Made by a program: the position numbers and the translations under genes
Assembly (NCBI GenBank): GCA_964352015.1
Contig: CAYGPU010000002.1
Span: 46,419-110,418 of the forward strand
Reading direction: 5' to 3'
Origin: an uncultured Marinicella sp.
GTDB taxonomy: Bacteria > Pseudomonadota > Gammaproteobacteria > Xanthomonadales > Marinicellaceae
DNA length: 64,000 nt
In this document: positions 27,696-38,300 of the stretch, piece after piece
Layout of the letters: every line of letters starts with the position of its first letter
How positions within the stretch are numbered: the first letter of the stretch is position 1
Notes under the pieces: generated by a model
Told to the model about the DNA's origin: nothing
What the model saw: the letters and a program-made list of their open reading frames with translations, nothing else
Databases searched by the model: none

Positions 27696-28044
27696 TGAAT
27701 AGACTCAATACATTTTCAGGTGGGCGGCCCACAACAGCATGGCCGTTATAGGATACGATGGGTCGTTCCATGACTTTGGGAAATTGGCATAATTTTGTTA
27801 TCAATTCAGTTTCACTCAATGCCGTGTCAGCGAACCCTTGTTGCTTATAGTCATCTTCAGCTGTTCTCAGTATATCTCTGATACCTGAGTTTAATTCAGT
27901 CAACAAGTCTTTGATTTGTGATTCACTTGGTGGGTTTTCCAAGTACTTAATTACGCTAAAATCAGCTTGTTGTTGTTCCAAAATGGCCAGAGTGGCTCTT
28001 GATTTAGAACACCTTGGGTTATGGTAAATGACAACTTTAGACAT
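27688..28044 (-). CDS. arsC: ArsC (glutaredoxin-type arsenate reductase) family protein
   Basis: YHNPRCSKSR, ERPIV and GRPPE motifs; likely start MSKVV at 28044. Confidence 0.88.
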   Translation of the reverse strand: MSKVVIYHNPRCSKSRATLAILEQQQADFSVIKYLENPPSESQIKDLLTELNSGIRDILRTAEDDYKQQGFADTALSETELITKLCQFPKVMERPIVSYNGHAVVGRPPENVLSLFND

Positions 28045-28197
28045 GTGGCAGTGGTTTGATAAGGTCAAATAAAGCGGCTATTTTACGTTATAATGCGTGA
28101 ATTGTCATGCCAAGAACCTTCACGCGCAGAACTTGTCATTTCATGCAAAGTAAACATCCAATCCATAGGCACATGTTATAGGTCCAGCTAAATTGAT

Positions 28198-28467
28198 ATG
28201 AGTAAACACGCAGAAACAATATTAAAAATTGAGTCCTTGTTAATCGATTGGGGTGCCTCTGATGTTCAGGTTATAGACAACAGTCATTTGCATGTAGGGC
28301 ATGCTGGAGCCCAGTCTGGTGGTGGTCATTTTGCCGTGCAAGTCAAGGCCAAAGCCTTTCAGGGCTTAAGTAGAATAAAAAGTCACCGTTTGGTTTATCA
28401 GCAGCTGGATGAATTGTTTGCCAATGGATCAATTCATGCGCTGGAAGTTGATGCTGTTGCTGTTTAA
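28198..28467 (+). CDS. bolA: BolA-family protein
   Basis: SHLHVGHAG...GHF...F.GLSRIKSHRLVY...IHAL. Confidence 0.9.
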   Translation: MSKHAETILKIESLLIDWGASDVQVIDNSHLHVGHAGAQSGGGHFAVQVKAKAFQGLSRIKSHRLVYQQLDELFANGSIHALEVDAVAV

Positions 28468-28525
28468 TCAACGCAACCACTTAACCTGTCTAACCCAACG
28501 GTCTGAATAAAAAATCAACAATCAA

Positions 28526-29341
28526 TTGAAGAAAATCATGTATAAAATACTGTTCACATTATCAATCCTGTTGTCTTTAGGGGCCTGTAAGCAATCGACC
28601 GATGCCGCGATAAAAGATGACTCTAAAGTGCTTGCCACAGTCGGTGATTATCAGCTGACTGAAGCTTATTTGACTGCATTCTTAAGCACTCAAGGCATGC
28701 CTCAGCCCACAGAACAACAACTGACCCAAGGGCTTGATGCAGTGATCAAACAAATGTCCTTGGTTCATCAAGCCAAACAAGCTGGTCTGACCTTAACTCA
28801 ACAACAGCTTTTTGAAATTGAACAAGCCAAACACCGTGCCCTGGCTCAAGCAGCCATTAACCAGCACTTGGCCAGCAACCCGATTTCCGATGCTGATATT
28901 CAGGCAGAGTACCAACGCATTACTGAACAACTGAAGGGAGAAGAATACCATGTCAGACATTTGTTGTTTGAAGACGAAGTTGAAGCTTTAGGCGTTTTAG
29001 ATCAAATCAAAGCTGGAGAAAGCTATGAGAATGCTGAAACAGTCTATCTTATGGCCAATCCTCAAGTAAAGAATGTGGGTGACATTGGTTGGGTGAATAT
29101 CATGCAAGTACCAGAGGTTTTCCGATTGCCATTGCGATCCATGCAAGCAGGTTCAGTCCATCCCAGAACCTTGGTCAGTCAGTTCGGGGTACATGTACTT
29201 TTTCTTGAGGGCAAAAGGCCGTTGGTGGCTCCGGCACTTGAAACTGTAGAAGCAGGTATTCGCCAAACTTTAAGGCAACGAAAAGTTGATCGCTACCAGC
29301 AGTTGGCTGTTATAAAAGCCAAGGCCAAAGTTGTTGAATGA
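28526..29341 (+). CDS. Parvulin/PpiC-type peptidyl-prolyl isomerase lipoprotein
   Basis: LGAC lipobox; EYHVRHLL, GDIGW and SQFGVHV parvulin motifs. Confidence 0.85.
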   Translation: MKKIMYKILFTLSILLSLGACKQSTDAAIKDDSKVLATVGDYQLTEAYLTAFLSTQGMPQPTEQQLTQGLDAVIKQMSLVHQAKQAGLTLTQQQLFEIEQAKHRALAQAAINQHLASNPISDADIQAEYQRITEQLKGEEYHVRHLLFEDEVEALGVLDQIKAGESYENAETVYLMANPQVKNVGDIGWVNIMQVPEVFRLPLRSMQAGSVHPRTLVSQFGVHVLFLEGKRPLVAPALETVEAGIRQTLRQRKVDRYQQLAVIKAKAKVVE

Positions 29342-29367
29342 AAGGGTAGATCATGTATTTTGGACAT

Positions 29368-29394
29368 AAAAAAAGCCTCATCAGAGGCTTTTTT
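29368..29394. terminator. Bidirectional intrinsic terminator
   Basis: aaaaaaagcctc-atca-gaggctttttt between convergent genes. Confidence 0.85.
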
Positions 29395-29409
29395 GGTTTT
29401 ATACTGAAG

Positions 29410-31224
29410 TCAGTTCAAATCCATGAAGCTGCGAAGTTGTTCGGAACGACTTGGGTGGCGCAGTTTTCGCAAAGCTTTGGCTTCAATTTGACGGATGCGT
29501 TCTCGTGTGACGTCGAACTGTTTACCCACTTCTTCTAATGTGTGGTCTGTGTTCATGTCGATACCAAAGCGCATACGCAACACTTTAGCCTCACGAGGTG
29601 TGAGTCCAGACAACAAGTTGGTTACGGTGTTGGTAAGACCATTTGCGGTGGTTGATTCCAGTGGTGACAGGATGTTGCTGTCTTCAATGAAATCACCCAA
29701 GCTTGAATCTTCATCGTCTCCAATGGGCGTTTCCATGGAAATAGGCTGTTTGGCAATTTTAATTACTTTACGTACTTTACCCACCGGCATTTCCATCACT
29801 TCAGCAATTTCTTCCGGTGTGGCTTCACGCCCTTTTTCTTGTAACAACTGACGTGAAACACGGTTCAATTTATTGATGGTTTCAATCATGTGTACCGGAA
29901 TACGGATGGTTCTGGCTTGATCTGCAATTGAGCGCGTGATGGCTTGACGAATCCACCAAGTGGCATAGGTTGAAAATTTGTAGCCTCGGCGGTATTCGAA
30001 TTTTTCTACCGCTTTCATCAAGCCGATGTTGCCTTCTTGGATTAAATCCAAGAATTGTAAGCCGCGGTTGGTGTACTTTTTGGCAATCGAAATCACCAAA
30101 CGCAAGTTGGCCTCAATCATTTCTTTTTTGGCACGTCTTGACTTGGCTTCGTTGACCGTTACACTGCGGTTAATGGCTTTGATTTCTGGTATCAATAATG
30201 CGTAAGCTTTTTCAATTCTGACCAGTTTATTTTGTAGCGCAATGATTTCGTCTTTGTAGATTTCTAACATGGTGACTGAGTCACCACCTTCTTTAATGCG
30301 GTTATCCACCCAGTTTAAGTCGGTTTCGTTGTTCATGAATGAACGAATAAAAACTTGGCGTGTCAGTTTGCACTGGGTAACGGCGATATCAAGGATGCGC
30401 CGTTCTATTTTGCGTATTTGATCTTGTGAAGATTTAACATCAAAAATGATGTCTTGCATGGTAATCGGTGCAAACTTAAATTCCACCAAAATGTCTGCAA
30501 TCTGACGCATGTAATTCTTTTGTTTTTTATCACCTATGCCTGATTTTTCAACTGATTCAGTGAATTTATTGTAAAGTTTTTGTACGGCTTTAATGCGGTT
30601 GGCAACACCTTCCATATCTAAACCTTGGTCAACTTCCTCTTCTTCCTCTTCATCTTCATCAACTGGGTCAGTGGGTTTCTTAACTTTTGGAATGACTGCT
30701 TCTGTGTGCGGGTCATATATAGATAAAATGAACTGTTCAATTTTCAAATCTGAATTCAACATGTCTTGGTTGTATTCGAGAATGGTTTTAATGGTTTGCG
30801 GAAACAGAAAAGTTGATTCCATGATTAAATGGTCACAACGCTCAATTCTCTGTGCAATGGCAATTTCGTCTTTGCGTTCTAACAATTCGACGGAACCCAT
30901 TTCACGCATGTACATTCTGACTGGGTCAGTGGTTCTTCCAATACTGGGGTCCACAGCAGACAACACCGCTACGGCTTCTTCCGTGGCTGTGTCATCATCT
31001 TCTTTGGCTGTCGAGTCATTGAGGATGATACTGTCTTCATCGGGTGCTTCCTCAAGAACTTGAATGCCCATGTCGTTAATCATTTGAATGATGTCTTCGA
31101 CCGAATCTGTTTCGATGATGTCATCAGGTAAGTGATCATTTACCTCGCCATAAGTGAGGTAACCTTGCTCTTTACCCTTGAGAATCAATATTTTGATTTG
31201 AGAAGTTTGTTTTTCCGTTGCCAT
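29410..31224 (-). CDS. rpoD: RNA polymerase sigma factor RpoD
   Basis: [43 protein letters not shown] and [23 protein letters not shown]. Confidence 0.99.
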   Translation of the reverse strand: MATEKQTSQIKILILKGKEQGYLTYGEVNDHLPDDIIETDSVEDIIQMINDMGIQVLEEAPDEDSIILNDSTAKEDDDTATEEAVAVLSAVDPSIGRTTDPVRMYMREMGSVELLERKDEIAIAQRIERCDHLIMESTFLFPQTIKTILEYNQDMLNSDLKIEQFILSIYDPHTEAVIPKVKKPTDPVDEDEEEEEEVDQGLDMEGVANRIKAVQKLYNKFTESVEKSGIGDKKQKNYMRQIADILVEFKFAPITMQDIIFDVKSSQDQIRKIERRILDIAVTQCKLTRQVFIRSFMNNETDLNWVDNRIKEGGDSVTMLEIYKDEIIALQNKLVRIEKAYALLIPEIKAINRSVTVNEAKSRRAKKEMIEANLRLVISIAKKYTNRGLQFLDLIQEGNIGLMKAVEKFEYRRGYKFSTYATWWIRQAITRSIADQARTIRIPVHMIETINKLNRVSRQLLQEKGREATPEEIAEVMEMPVGKVRKVIKIAKQPISMETPIGDDEDSSLGDFIEDSNILSPLESTTANGLTNTVTNLLSGLTPREAKVLRMRFGIDMNTDHTLEEVGKQFDVTRERIRQIEAKALRKLRHPSRSEQLRSFMDLN

Positions 31225-31234
31225 ATTTTATTTT

Positions 31235-32932
31235 CTACTGGTTGGTTTTCTGGCGCAGTAATTGCACCAAAGCTTGCTTTTCAGCATTGTCTAAGCCTGA
31301 TTGCATTTGTTTGTTTCTTAAACGTTCAATTTCAACTTTTGAGGCCAATTGATTGAGGTAATTAATTATATCCTCAAACTCCAAGGTTTTTTGCTCATCA
31401 TTTAAGTGATCATGTAATCGCATCAAATGACCCAAATAAGGACTGTAATCTGAATCCCTGAAATGTTCTAACATTACCGCTGATTTGATTTGGGGGTTGT
31501 GGCGTTGAATTTCAACGATTTTATCAATTATTTCAACACCTTTAAATGATAATCTGCTTAAGTTGAGCTCATTGGGTATATTTGCACATAAATGCGGCGC
31601 ATTTAGCAACAATCCAATCAACTTTCTGAGTGGATTATCTCCTGTGGGTCGTTTTTCGGTGTGGGTGGCTTTTGGTTTTTCATTTATCGACAGGGCCATG
31701 CCTGAAATTTCGCTGATTTGTTGCCCCATCATCTTTTTAAAACTGCCTTTGGGTAATTGATTGAGGTAAGGTTTAGCCTTTTCAAGCAACTGTGCTTTGC
31801 CATCAATGCTGTTAAGGTTGGTGTTGCGACTGATGATTTGCAATAGAAAATCAGATAGAGGGGTGGCCTCGCTGACTGCCTGAAGAAACGCTGTATTGCC
31901 TTGTTGCATCACAAAGCTATCTGGGTCTTCCCCTTGAGGCAAGAATAAAAAATCAATTATTTTGTGATCAAGGTATAAGGGCAGTGCGGTGTTAAGTGCT
32001 TTTTCTGCCGCTTGAACGCCGGCTGAATCACCATCAAAACAAAACACAATGCGGTCCCACACTTTAAACAAAGCACTGATGTGTTGTGACGAAGTGGCCG
32101 TTCCTAAGGTCGCCACAGCATTGCAGATGCCGTGCTGGTGCAGCGCAATCACATCCATATAGCCTTCAACTACCAGGATGAATGATTCATTGCTGTGTTT
32201 GCGTGCCAAGTGTAAGCCGTACAATTCATTGCTTTTATGAAACAGATCGGTTTCGGGTGAGTTCAGGTATTTGGGCTTTTGTTCTGCTTCTACGGCTCGT
32301 CCGCCAAAAGCAATGACTCGACCACGTTTGTCATGTATCGGAAACATCAGACGGTTGCGGAATTTATCATAAGTCCGCTGCTGATCATTCTGCGTGGTCA
32401 GGCCGGTGCGTTTCAACAGCTCATGTTCGCTTGAGTCAAATCGCTTGATCAATGCGTCCCACTCGTTCAATGCATAACCGAGTTGAAATGTCTTGCAGGT
32501 TTCGCCCGTGATGCCGCGATTTTTCAAATATTCAATGACATTCAATGCAGTCTTTAACTGTTGTTGAAAAATGCGAGTGGCTTTTTCTGTGACAGCGTAT
32601 AAGTTGGTTTTAGGTTTGTGTTCGCCGTGAGTGGCTGAGCTGGGTACTTGCATGCCAGCTAACTGCGCCAAATCCTTAACTGCATCAACAAAATCCAAGC
32701 CTTCGTATTCCATCATGAAGCCAATGGCGCTGCCGTTTTTGCCACAACCAAAGCAATGATAAAATTGTTTTTGTTGACTGACGGTGAATGAGGGTGTGTT
32801 TTCCGAATGAAATGGGCATAAGCCTGAATAGTCTTTGCCAGATTTTTTTAACTGCACACGAGCAGCAACCACATCATGAATGTCAATGCGATCTAATAAA
32901 GTTTCTATGAACTCGTTGGGTATGGATGCCAC
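31235..32932 (-). CDS. dnaG: DNA primase
   Basis: CPFH...CFGC zinc finger, KYLNSPET, VEGYMDV and TOPRIM FDGD. Confidence 0.98.
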   Translation of the reverse strand: MASIPNEFIETLLDRIDIHDVVAARVQLKKSGKDYSGLCPFHSENTPSFTVSQQKQFYHCFGCGKNGSAIGFMMEYEGLDFVDAVKDLAQLAGMQVPSSATHGEHKPKTNLYAVTEKATRIFQQQLKTALNVIEYLKNRGITGETCKTFQLGYALNEWDALIKRFDSSEHELLKRTGLTTQNDQQRTYDKFRNRLMFPIHDKRGRVIAFGGRAVEAEQKPKYLNSPETDLFHKSNELYGLHLARKHSNESFILVVEGYMDVIALHQHGICNAVATLGTATSSQHISALFKVWDRIVFCFDGDSAGVQAAEKALNTALPLYLDHKIIDFLFLPQGEDPDSFVMQQGNTAFLQAVSEATPLSDFLLQIISRNTNLNSIDGKAQLLEKAKPYLNQLPKGSFKKMMGQQISEISGMALSINEKPKATHTEKRPTGDNPLRKLIGLLLNAPHLCANIPNELNLSRLSFKGVEIIDKIVEIQRHNPQIKSAVMLEHFRDSDYSPYLGHLMRLHDHLNDEQKTLEFEDIINYLNQLASKVEIERLRNKQMQSGLDNAEKQALVQLLRQKTNQ

Positions 32933-32976
32933 GATCTGTTACGTGGATTTGAAGGTAATTATAAGGCCAAGCTGGT

Positions 32977-33420
32977 TTATGACAAAGCCGCCTTGACTAT
33001 TTGACTGACTTGACCCATGTCTGCTTGACCAGCCACCTTGGCTTTGGTTAATCCCATGACTTGTCCCATGTCTTGCATGCCGCTGGCACCAGTGTCAGCG
33101 ATGATGGTGTGAACGATGTCAGTCACCTCCTCGGTAGATAACTGAGCAGGCAGGTATTTTTCCAGGGTATCAATTTCAGTCAGTTCCTTCTGTTGTAAGT
33201 CTTCTCGGTTGGCTTGAGCAAACTGTTCAGCGGCGTCCTTGCGCTGTTTAATCATTTTTGTCACAATCGAAAGCACATCAGCATCGCTGAGTTCCCGGCG
33301 TTCATCAACTTCAATTTGTTTGATGGCAGCGGTCAACATGCGAATGGTGCCAAGGGTTTCTTTGTCCTTGGCTTTCATGGCCGCTTTCATGTCATTAATG
33401 ACTGTGGTTTTTAGTGACAT
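32977..33420 (-). CDS. GatB/YqeY domain protein
   Basis: DMKAAMKAKDKETLGTIRML...KQRKDA..QF...R.DL; lies between rpsU and dnaG. Confidence 0.92.
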   Translation of the reverse strand: MSLKTTVINDMKAAMKAKDKETLGTIRMLTAAIKQIEVDERRELSDADVLSIVTKMIKQRKDAAEQFAQANREDLQQKELTEIDTLEKYLPAQLSTEEVTDIVHTIIADTGASGMQDMGQVMGLTKAKVAGQADMGQVSQIVKAALS

Positions 33421-33490
33421 GACTATTTCCTTACTCTTGATGCTGGTTTCGATGACAGGTGAATTGTTTTGAATCTTTTAGAAATTCAAA

Positions 33491-33703
33491 TCAATACATT
33501 CTGCGTGGAATGCCTTCTTTAGCAACCCTTCTTTGTAAACGCTTAACTGCAGCAGCTTTTTTGCGTTTTCTTTCTTGGGTTGGTTTCTCGTAATACTGAC
33601 GTTTACGTGACTCTGCTAATACACCGGCTTTTTCGCAGGCGCGTTTGAAACGTCTTAATGCGAAATCAAACGGTTCGTTGTCTCTAACTTTTACACTAGG
33701 CAT
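33491..33703 (-). CDS. rpsU: 30S ribosomal protein S21
   Basis: [21 protein letters not shown]...[18 protein letters not shown]; GGAG RBS before the ATG at 33703. Confidence 0.98.
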   Translation of the reverse strand: MPSVKVRDNEPFDFALRRFKRACEKAGVLAESRKRQYYEKPTQERKRKKAAAVKRLQRRVAKEGIPRRMY

Positions 33704-33991
33704 AAGTTTGTTGTCTCCAAATGGTTGCCTTAAAGGCTGAATCTGTGTGTTAAAGCGGCTCAAAAAGCTGCTCGGAAAAAGACCGCGTATTTTAAGGCTT
33801 TTGAAGTTAATTGCAAAGGTAAAATCAGTTTTTTTTGAGGGGCGCTCAAAAGAGCACAGCTGACAGGTGTTTTCAGTCTATTGGACTGGTACTTGAGGAC
33901 CCTGCAATACAGTGGTATTGTATGCTCAGATAAATTAAAATCAAGCCCACCGATGGGGCGCCAATGAACACCACAATAAACAGGTTTTTTT

Positions 33992-34675
33992 ATGTCTGAA
34001 CTCAGCAATAGGTATGAGCAAGTTAAACTTCGAATTAAAACGGCTGCACAGCAGGTCAAAAGACAGGTTCCACCTGTTTTATTGGCTGTCAGTAAAAAAC
34101 ATGGTGTGGATAAAATCAAGACTTTGGCTGCTGCAGGACAGCGAGACTTTGGTGAAAGCTATGTTCAGGAGGGGGTTGAAAAAATCAGCCAACTGAAAGA
34201 TTTGTCATTGGTTTGGCATTTCATAGGCCCCATTCAGTCTAATAAAGCCAAACAAATTGCCGAGCACTTTGACTGGGTTCATTCTGTGGATCGGCTTAAA
34301 GTGCTTAAACTCTTAAACCAACACCGGCCAGATGACCTGCCACCATTGAATTTACTGTTACAGTTAAAAGTAGGTGATGAAGAAAGTAAGTCAGGTGCCA
34401 GTTATGATGAATTATTCGAGCTGGCCAAATTCGCCAATGCATTAAATCACGTTGTGCTCAGGGGGTTGATGTGTATTCCGCCTCCGAGCGAAGACTTCAG
34501 TGAGCAGTGCGGTTATTTTCAACAGGCAAAAAAGGTATTTGAGGATTTGTCAGCCCAATACAGTCAAGTGGATACCTTGTCTATGGGCATGAGCGGTGAT
34601 TTAGAAGCGGCCATCCAAACCGGCTCAACAGTGGTCAGGATTGGAACCGATCTCTTCGGTCCCAGACCTATCTAA
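33992..34675 (+). CDS. yggS: PLP homeostasis protein YggS
   Basis: LLAVSK, FGESYVQE, WHFIGPIQSNK and LSMGMSGD motifs. Confidence 0.96.
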   Translation: MSELSNRYEQVKLRIKTAAQQVKRQVPPVLLAVSKKHGVDKIKTLAAAGQRDFGESYVQEGVEKISQLKDLSLVWHFIGPIQSNKAKQIAEHFDWVHSVDRLKVLKLLNQHRPDDLPPLNLLLQLKVGDEESKSGASYDELFELAKFANALNHVVLRGLMCIPPPSEDFSEQCGYFQQAKKVFEDLSAQYSQVDTLSMGMSGDLEAAIQTGSTVVRIGTDLFGPRPI

Positions 34676-34688
34676 AATCTGTGAGTAA

Positions 34689-34928
34689 TCAGAAAACTGT
34701 CCAGTTCATTTTCCACCAATCCAGAAATTCATCAAAATCAACTTGTTCATTTTGATCAACATCAATGGTGGCAAAACCACGTTCGGCATTGTCACGACTG
34801 GCCTCTGGTGCCAAAACTTTCAGTAGTTGGGTGAACTCATCTATGTCAATGAGGCCGCTACCGTCTTTATCAAAGAAATCGAAGTGATCTTTGATTTCCG
34901 CTATTTCTTCTGAGCTAATATCTGACAT
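34689..34928 (-). CDS. Small two-EF-hand calcium-binding protein
   Basis: Loops DKDGSGLIDIDE and DVDQNEQVDFDE; 79 aa. Confidence 0.85.
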   Translation of the reverse strand: MSDISSEEIAEIKDHFDFFDKDGSGLIDIDEFTQLLKVLAPEASRDNAERGFATIDVDQNEQVDFDEFLDWWKMNWTVF

Positions 34929-35142
34929 GTGTTTTAATGGTTGTAAATTAATACCGCTATTATATCGCTAATTGATTTTATTTTGCAGCTAATTAGCCTG
35001 ACATTCCTTATCTGAAGATGGTTACAAATTTAGTCGATTCGTGTATTGAAAGACCGCTGGCTTATAACCTCGTGAAATGGGTTGTATTATCCCACTGGAT
35101 TAATATGTTAAAATCGCGCCACTTTTTTGAATGGAATGTATC

Positions 35143-36234
35143 ATGGGTTTCAAATGTGGCATCGTTGGCCTTCCTAATGTAGGTAAATCGACTTTATTCA
35201 ATGCTTTAACCAAAGCTGAAATTGCAGCCGAGAACTACCCTTTTTGTACCATTGATCCTAACGTCGGTATTGTGGAAGTTCCAGATCCTCGGCTGGGTCA
35301 ATTGGCTGACATAGTCAAGCCGCAAAAAACCATTCCTACCACCATGGAATTTGTCGACATCGCAGGTTTGGTTGCGGGGGCTTCAAAAGGAGAAGGTTTG
35401 GGCAATCAATTTTTATCACACATCCGGGAAACTGATGCCATCGCACATGTCGCCAGGTGTTTCGAAGACGATGATGTGGTTCATGTCGAAGGTAAAATCA
35501 ATCCATTGTCTGACATTGAGACCATCAACACCGAACTGGCTTTGGCTGATTTAGAATCTGCGGAAAAGTCACTGCTCAGAACACAAAAGAAAACACGTTC
35601 AGGCGATAAAGATGCGGTTAAAAGAGCTGCCATCTTAGAGAAAATAGTCAATCATTTGTCTGAAGGTTGGGCGTTAAGGACATTGGAATTAAGCAAGGAA
35701 GAGTGGGAAGCCGTCAAGGAATTCAGCTTCATCACTGCCAAACCCATGATGTATATAGCCAATGTTGATGACCAGGGTTTTGCAGACAACCCCCTGTTAG
35801 ACCAGCTCAATGAATTCGCTGCTACTGAAGGCGCATTGGTGGTTCCAGTTTGTGCTGCCATTGAAGCTGAAATTGCATTATTGGATGAAGAGGACAAGGC
35901 TGAGTTCATGGCAGAGATGGGCTTGCAGGAAGCGGGATTGAATCGAGTGATCAGGGCAGGTTATGAATTGTTGGGTTTGAACACGTACTTTACCGCTGGG
36001 GTAAAAGAAGTACGGGCTTGGACTTTTGTTCAAGGTGCCACAGCACCACAAGCAGCAGGTGTGATTCATACCGATTTTGAGAAAGGCTTTATTCGAGCTG
36101 AAACCATGGCTTTTAACGATTTTATTCAGTACCGAGGTGAGTCTGGTTGTAAAGAAGCCGGGAAACTGAGGTTAGAAGGCAAGGAATACATCGTTAAAGA
36201 AGGTGATGTGCTGCATTTTAGATTCAACGTTTAA
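35143..36234 (+). CDS. ychF: Redox-regulated ATPase YchF
   Basis: [32 protein letters not shown] and TGS domain ending FRFNV. Confidence 0.98.
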   Translation: MGFKCGIVGLPNVGKSTLFNALTKAEIAAENYPFCTIDPNVGIVEVPDPRLGQLADIVKPQKTIPTTMEFVDIAGLVAGASKGEGLGNQFLSHIRETDAIAHVARCFEDDDVVHVEGKINPLSDIETINTELALADLESAEKSLLRTQKKTRSGDKDAVKRAAILEKIVNHLSEGWALRTLELSKEEWEAVKEFSFITAKPMMYIANVDDQGFADNPLLDQLNEFAATEGALVVPVCAAIEAEIALLDEEDKAEFMAEMGLQEAGLNRVIRAGYELLGLNTYFTAGVKEVRAWTFVQGATAPQAAGVIHTDFEKGFIRAETMAFNDFIQYRGESGCKEAGKLRLEGKEYIVKEGDVLHFRFNV

Positions 36235-36257
36235 CCAAGCCAGTCTTTTTTGAAGAT

Positions 36258-36295
36258 AAAAAAGCTCAGGACAGATGTCCCGAGCTTTGGTTTTA
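36258..36295. terminator. Probable intrinsic terminator
   Basis: aaaaaagctc.ggac-agat-gtcc.gagcttt between convergent genes. Confidence 0.7.
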
Positions 36296-36323
36296 AAGTT
36301 TTTGTTTCAGTGTTTGATTTAGT

Positions 36324-37622
36324 TCATTCAAAGCCATCAATAAAAATGATGTCAGAATAATTCCCATCTGTAATTTGGATCACTGTTGAGGAAGTTACGA
36401 AATATAAATTACCTTGTTCGTCTTCGCCAAATGATCTGACGTTTCCTGGCGCATTAAACAGCACCTCTAAGTCACTCCAAGTGCCAGCATTATTAACACT
36501 CCAGAAAACTTCACCCGTGCAAAAGTCGCCATACAGGTAAGTACCCTGCCAGGTGTCTTCAGGACCTCGATACGGGAACCCCCCAATGACAGAACATCGA
36601 CCTGAGCTGACATAATCGATGATCGGATCAACTGCGTTGACAACGGTACAACTTTGGCCAGGGGTTTGGATGAAGCCTTCCCGGCAAACCCAACCGTAAT
36701 TTTCACCACCTGTTGAAGTGGCTGGTTGATAATCAACTTCTTCGCGTGCGTTTTGGCCCACATCGCCGATGAATAAATCTCCTGTGTCGCGATCAAAACC
36801 CCATCGGTAAGGGTTTCTTAGGCCCCACGCCCATATTTCGCCACAATCATTGTTGGCGTTGCTGAACGGGTTGCTGGCAGGGATGCCATAGTTAACCCCT
36901 TCTCCACAGGCGTCGCTGACATTAACTCCAGGGTTGTCCACATCTATACGAATCATCGACCCCAGCAGCGCCCTGGAATCATCATTGCCATCAAAGGCAG
37001 CATCAGCAGTACAAGAAACGGTATTTACGATGTCATCTGGGTCTTTGGTTTGACCGCGATTACAAGGATCATCACCACTGCCGCCGTCACCCATGCCAAT
37101 ATACAAGTAGCCATCAGCGGGGCCGAAGTGTAAATCACCGCCATTGTGGTTACTGAAGTCTTGATCAATACTGATGATTTTAAGGCTTGAGTTTTGATCA
37201 GCCACATTGGCATCACCAGTGCTGACAGAATACCTGGCAATGATGGTATCACCCGATGTATCGGTGTAGTTGATGTAAAAGAAACCATTGTTTGCATAAT
37301 TGGGATGAAAAGCCAATCCCAATAAACCTTGTTCACTGCCGTTACTAACTAAGGAGGAAACATTTAAAAAAGGCGTTTCCAAAGTGGCACCGTTTTCGAT
37401 GATTTTTACTCTTCCGCTTTGTTCAACTACAAACAGTCGGTCGCTGCCATCGCCTGCGTTTCTCACTGCGACTGCACCTGAAAAACCGCTCTCAATGGTG
37501 GTTAATACTGGGTCGAGAGGCGCAAGGGTGCCTGCGTGAGAGAATGTTGCAACTGCAAACATTGATAAAGCCATGGTTAATGGGCGGGTGTAAGATTTAA
37601 ATATGTAATTTTTTAAAATCAT
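36324..37622 (-). CDS. PQQ-dependent sugar dehydrogenase (GSDH family beta-propeller), secreted, DIIFIDGFE tail
   Basis: RLFVVEQSG, EQGLLGLAFHP, NHNGG.L.FGP.DGYLYIGMGDGG, GLRNPYR and DVGQNAREEVD motifs; signal peptide. Confidence 0.92.
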   Translation of the reverse strand: MILKNYIFKSYTRPLTMALSMFAVATFSHAGTLAPLDPVLTTIESGFSGAVAVRNAGDGSDRLFVVEQSGRVKIIENGATLETPFLNVSSLVSNGSEQGLLGLAFHPNYANNGFFYINYTDTSGDTIIARYSVSTGDANVADQNSSLKIISIDQDFSNHNGGDLHFGPADGYLYIGMGDGGSGDDPCNRGQTKDPDDIVNTVSCTADAAFDGNDDSRALLGSMIRIDVDNPGVNVSDACGEGVNYGIPASNPFSNANNDCGEIWAWGLRNPYRWGFDRDTGDLFIGDVGQNAREEVDYQPATSTGGENYGWVCREGFIQTPGQSCTVVNAVDPIIDYVSSGRCSVIGGFPYRGPEDTWQGTYLYGDFCTGEVFWSVNNAGTWSDLEVLFNAPGNVRSFGEDEQGNLYFVTSSTVIQITDGNYSDIIFIDGFE

Positions 37623-37631
37623 GTTGTTGTT

Positions 37632-38087
37632 TCACTTAATTCGTTTTACTTTAACACTTCTGTTGCCATCGCCTTTTAACTGCCAAGAACCCATCATGCC
37701 AGGTTCAATGGTAACTAACTGGCGGCCGTCATTTTTCAGGAAAATTGAACCGCTTGAAATGCGTTTCCAGATTTGGCCATTATCTAGCTCATAATAAGTG
37801 TCACCTAATTTGTCATCATAAGTTTTTTCTAATTTCGCTCTGATTTCACGCCTGTCAGTGCCTTGCCTTCTGGCCTCAAAACCAGCCTCTCGTTCTCTGA
37901 TTTTACGGTCAATTTTGGCTTGTTCATTACTGATCCAATCATTCAGAGCATTCAGTTCAGTTGTTGATAATTTGTTCAACCCAGTGAGTTGCTTTTCTTC
38001 TTCAGTCATTTGACTTAAATCAGGAGATTTAGCTACCACAACAGAACAGGTTGAAAGTATTAACATCAAGAACAGCTTTTTAGTCAT
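37632..38087 (-). CDS. Hypothetical secreted protein
   Basis: Signal peptide MTKKLFLMLILSTCSVVVA; GLNKLS..EL..LN.WI and YELDNGQIWK motifs. Confidence 0.75.
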   Translation of the reverse strand: MTKKLFLMLILSTCSVVVAKSPDLSQMTEEEKQLTGLNKLSTTELNALNDWISNEQAKIDRKIREREAGFEARRQGTDRREIRAKLEKTYDDKLGDTYYELDNGQIWKRISSGSIFLKNDGRQLVTIEPGMMGSWQLKGDGNRSVKVKRIK

Positions 38088-38300
38088 AAAATTACTCAAT
38101 TTAAGAAGCAGACAAATATACAACAATCTTGACTCGATTTCGCTGAAATATTGCTTATCCGGTCACAAAAGTAGTTATTTTTTGATGAATTAATGTTTGT
38201 TATAACAAACTTTTAACACCATAAATTAAAAAAACAGTAAAATGCAAAGCAGAAAACCACAAAAAGAAAAAACGTAACTCAATCAATAGGTAACAAAGTA

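Noticed and set aside
29495-31063. Plus-strand ORFs antisense to rpoD and the acidic DEEEEEE run
   Set aside because: Antisense ORFs are common opposite highly conserved genes, and the acidic run is normal for the RpoD non-conserved region.
33760-34119. 119-aa minus-strand ORF upstream of rpsU
   Set aside because: Overlaps yggS antisense and the rpsU promoter region; no motif.
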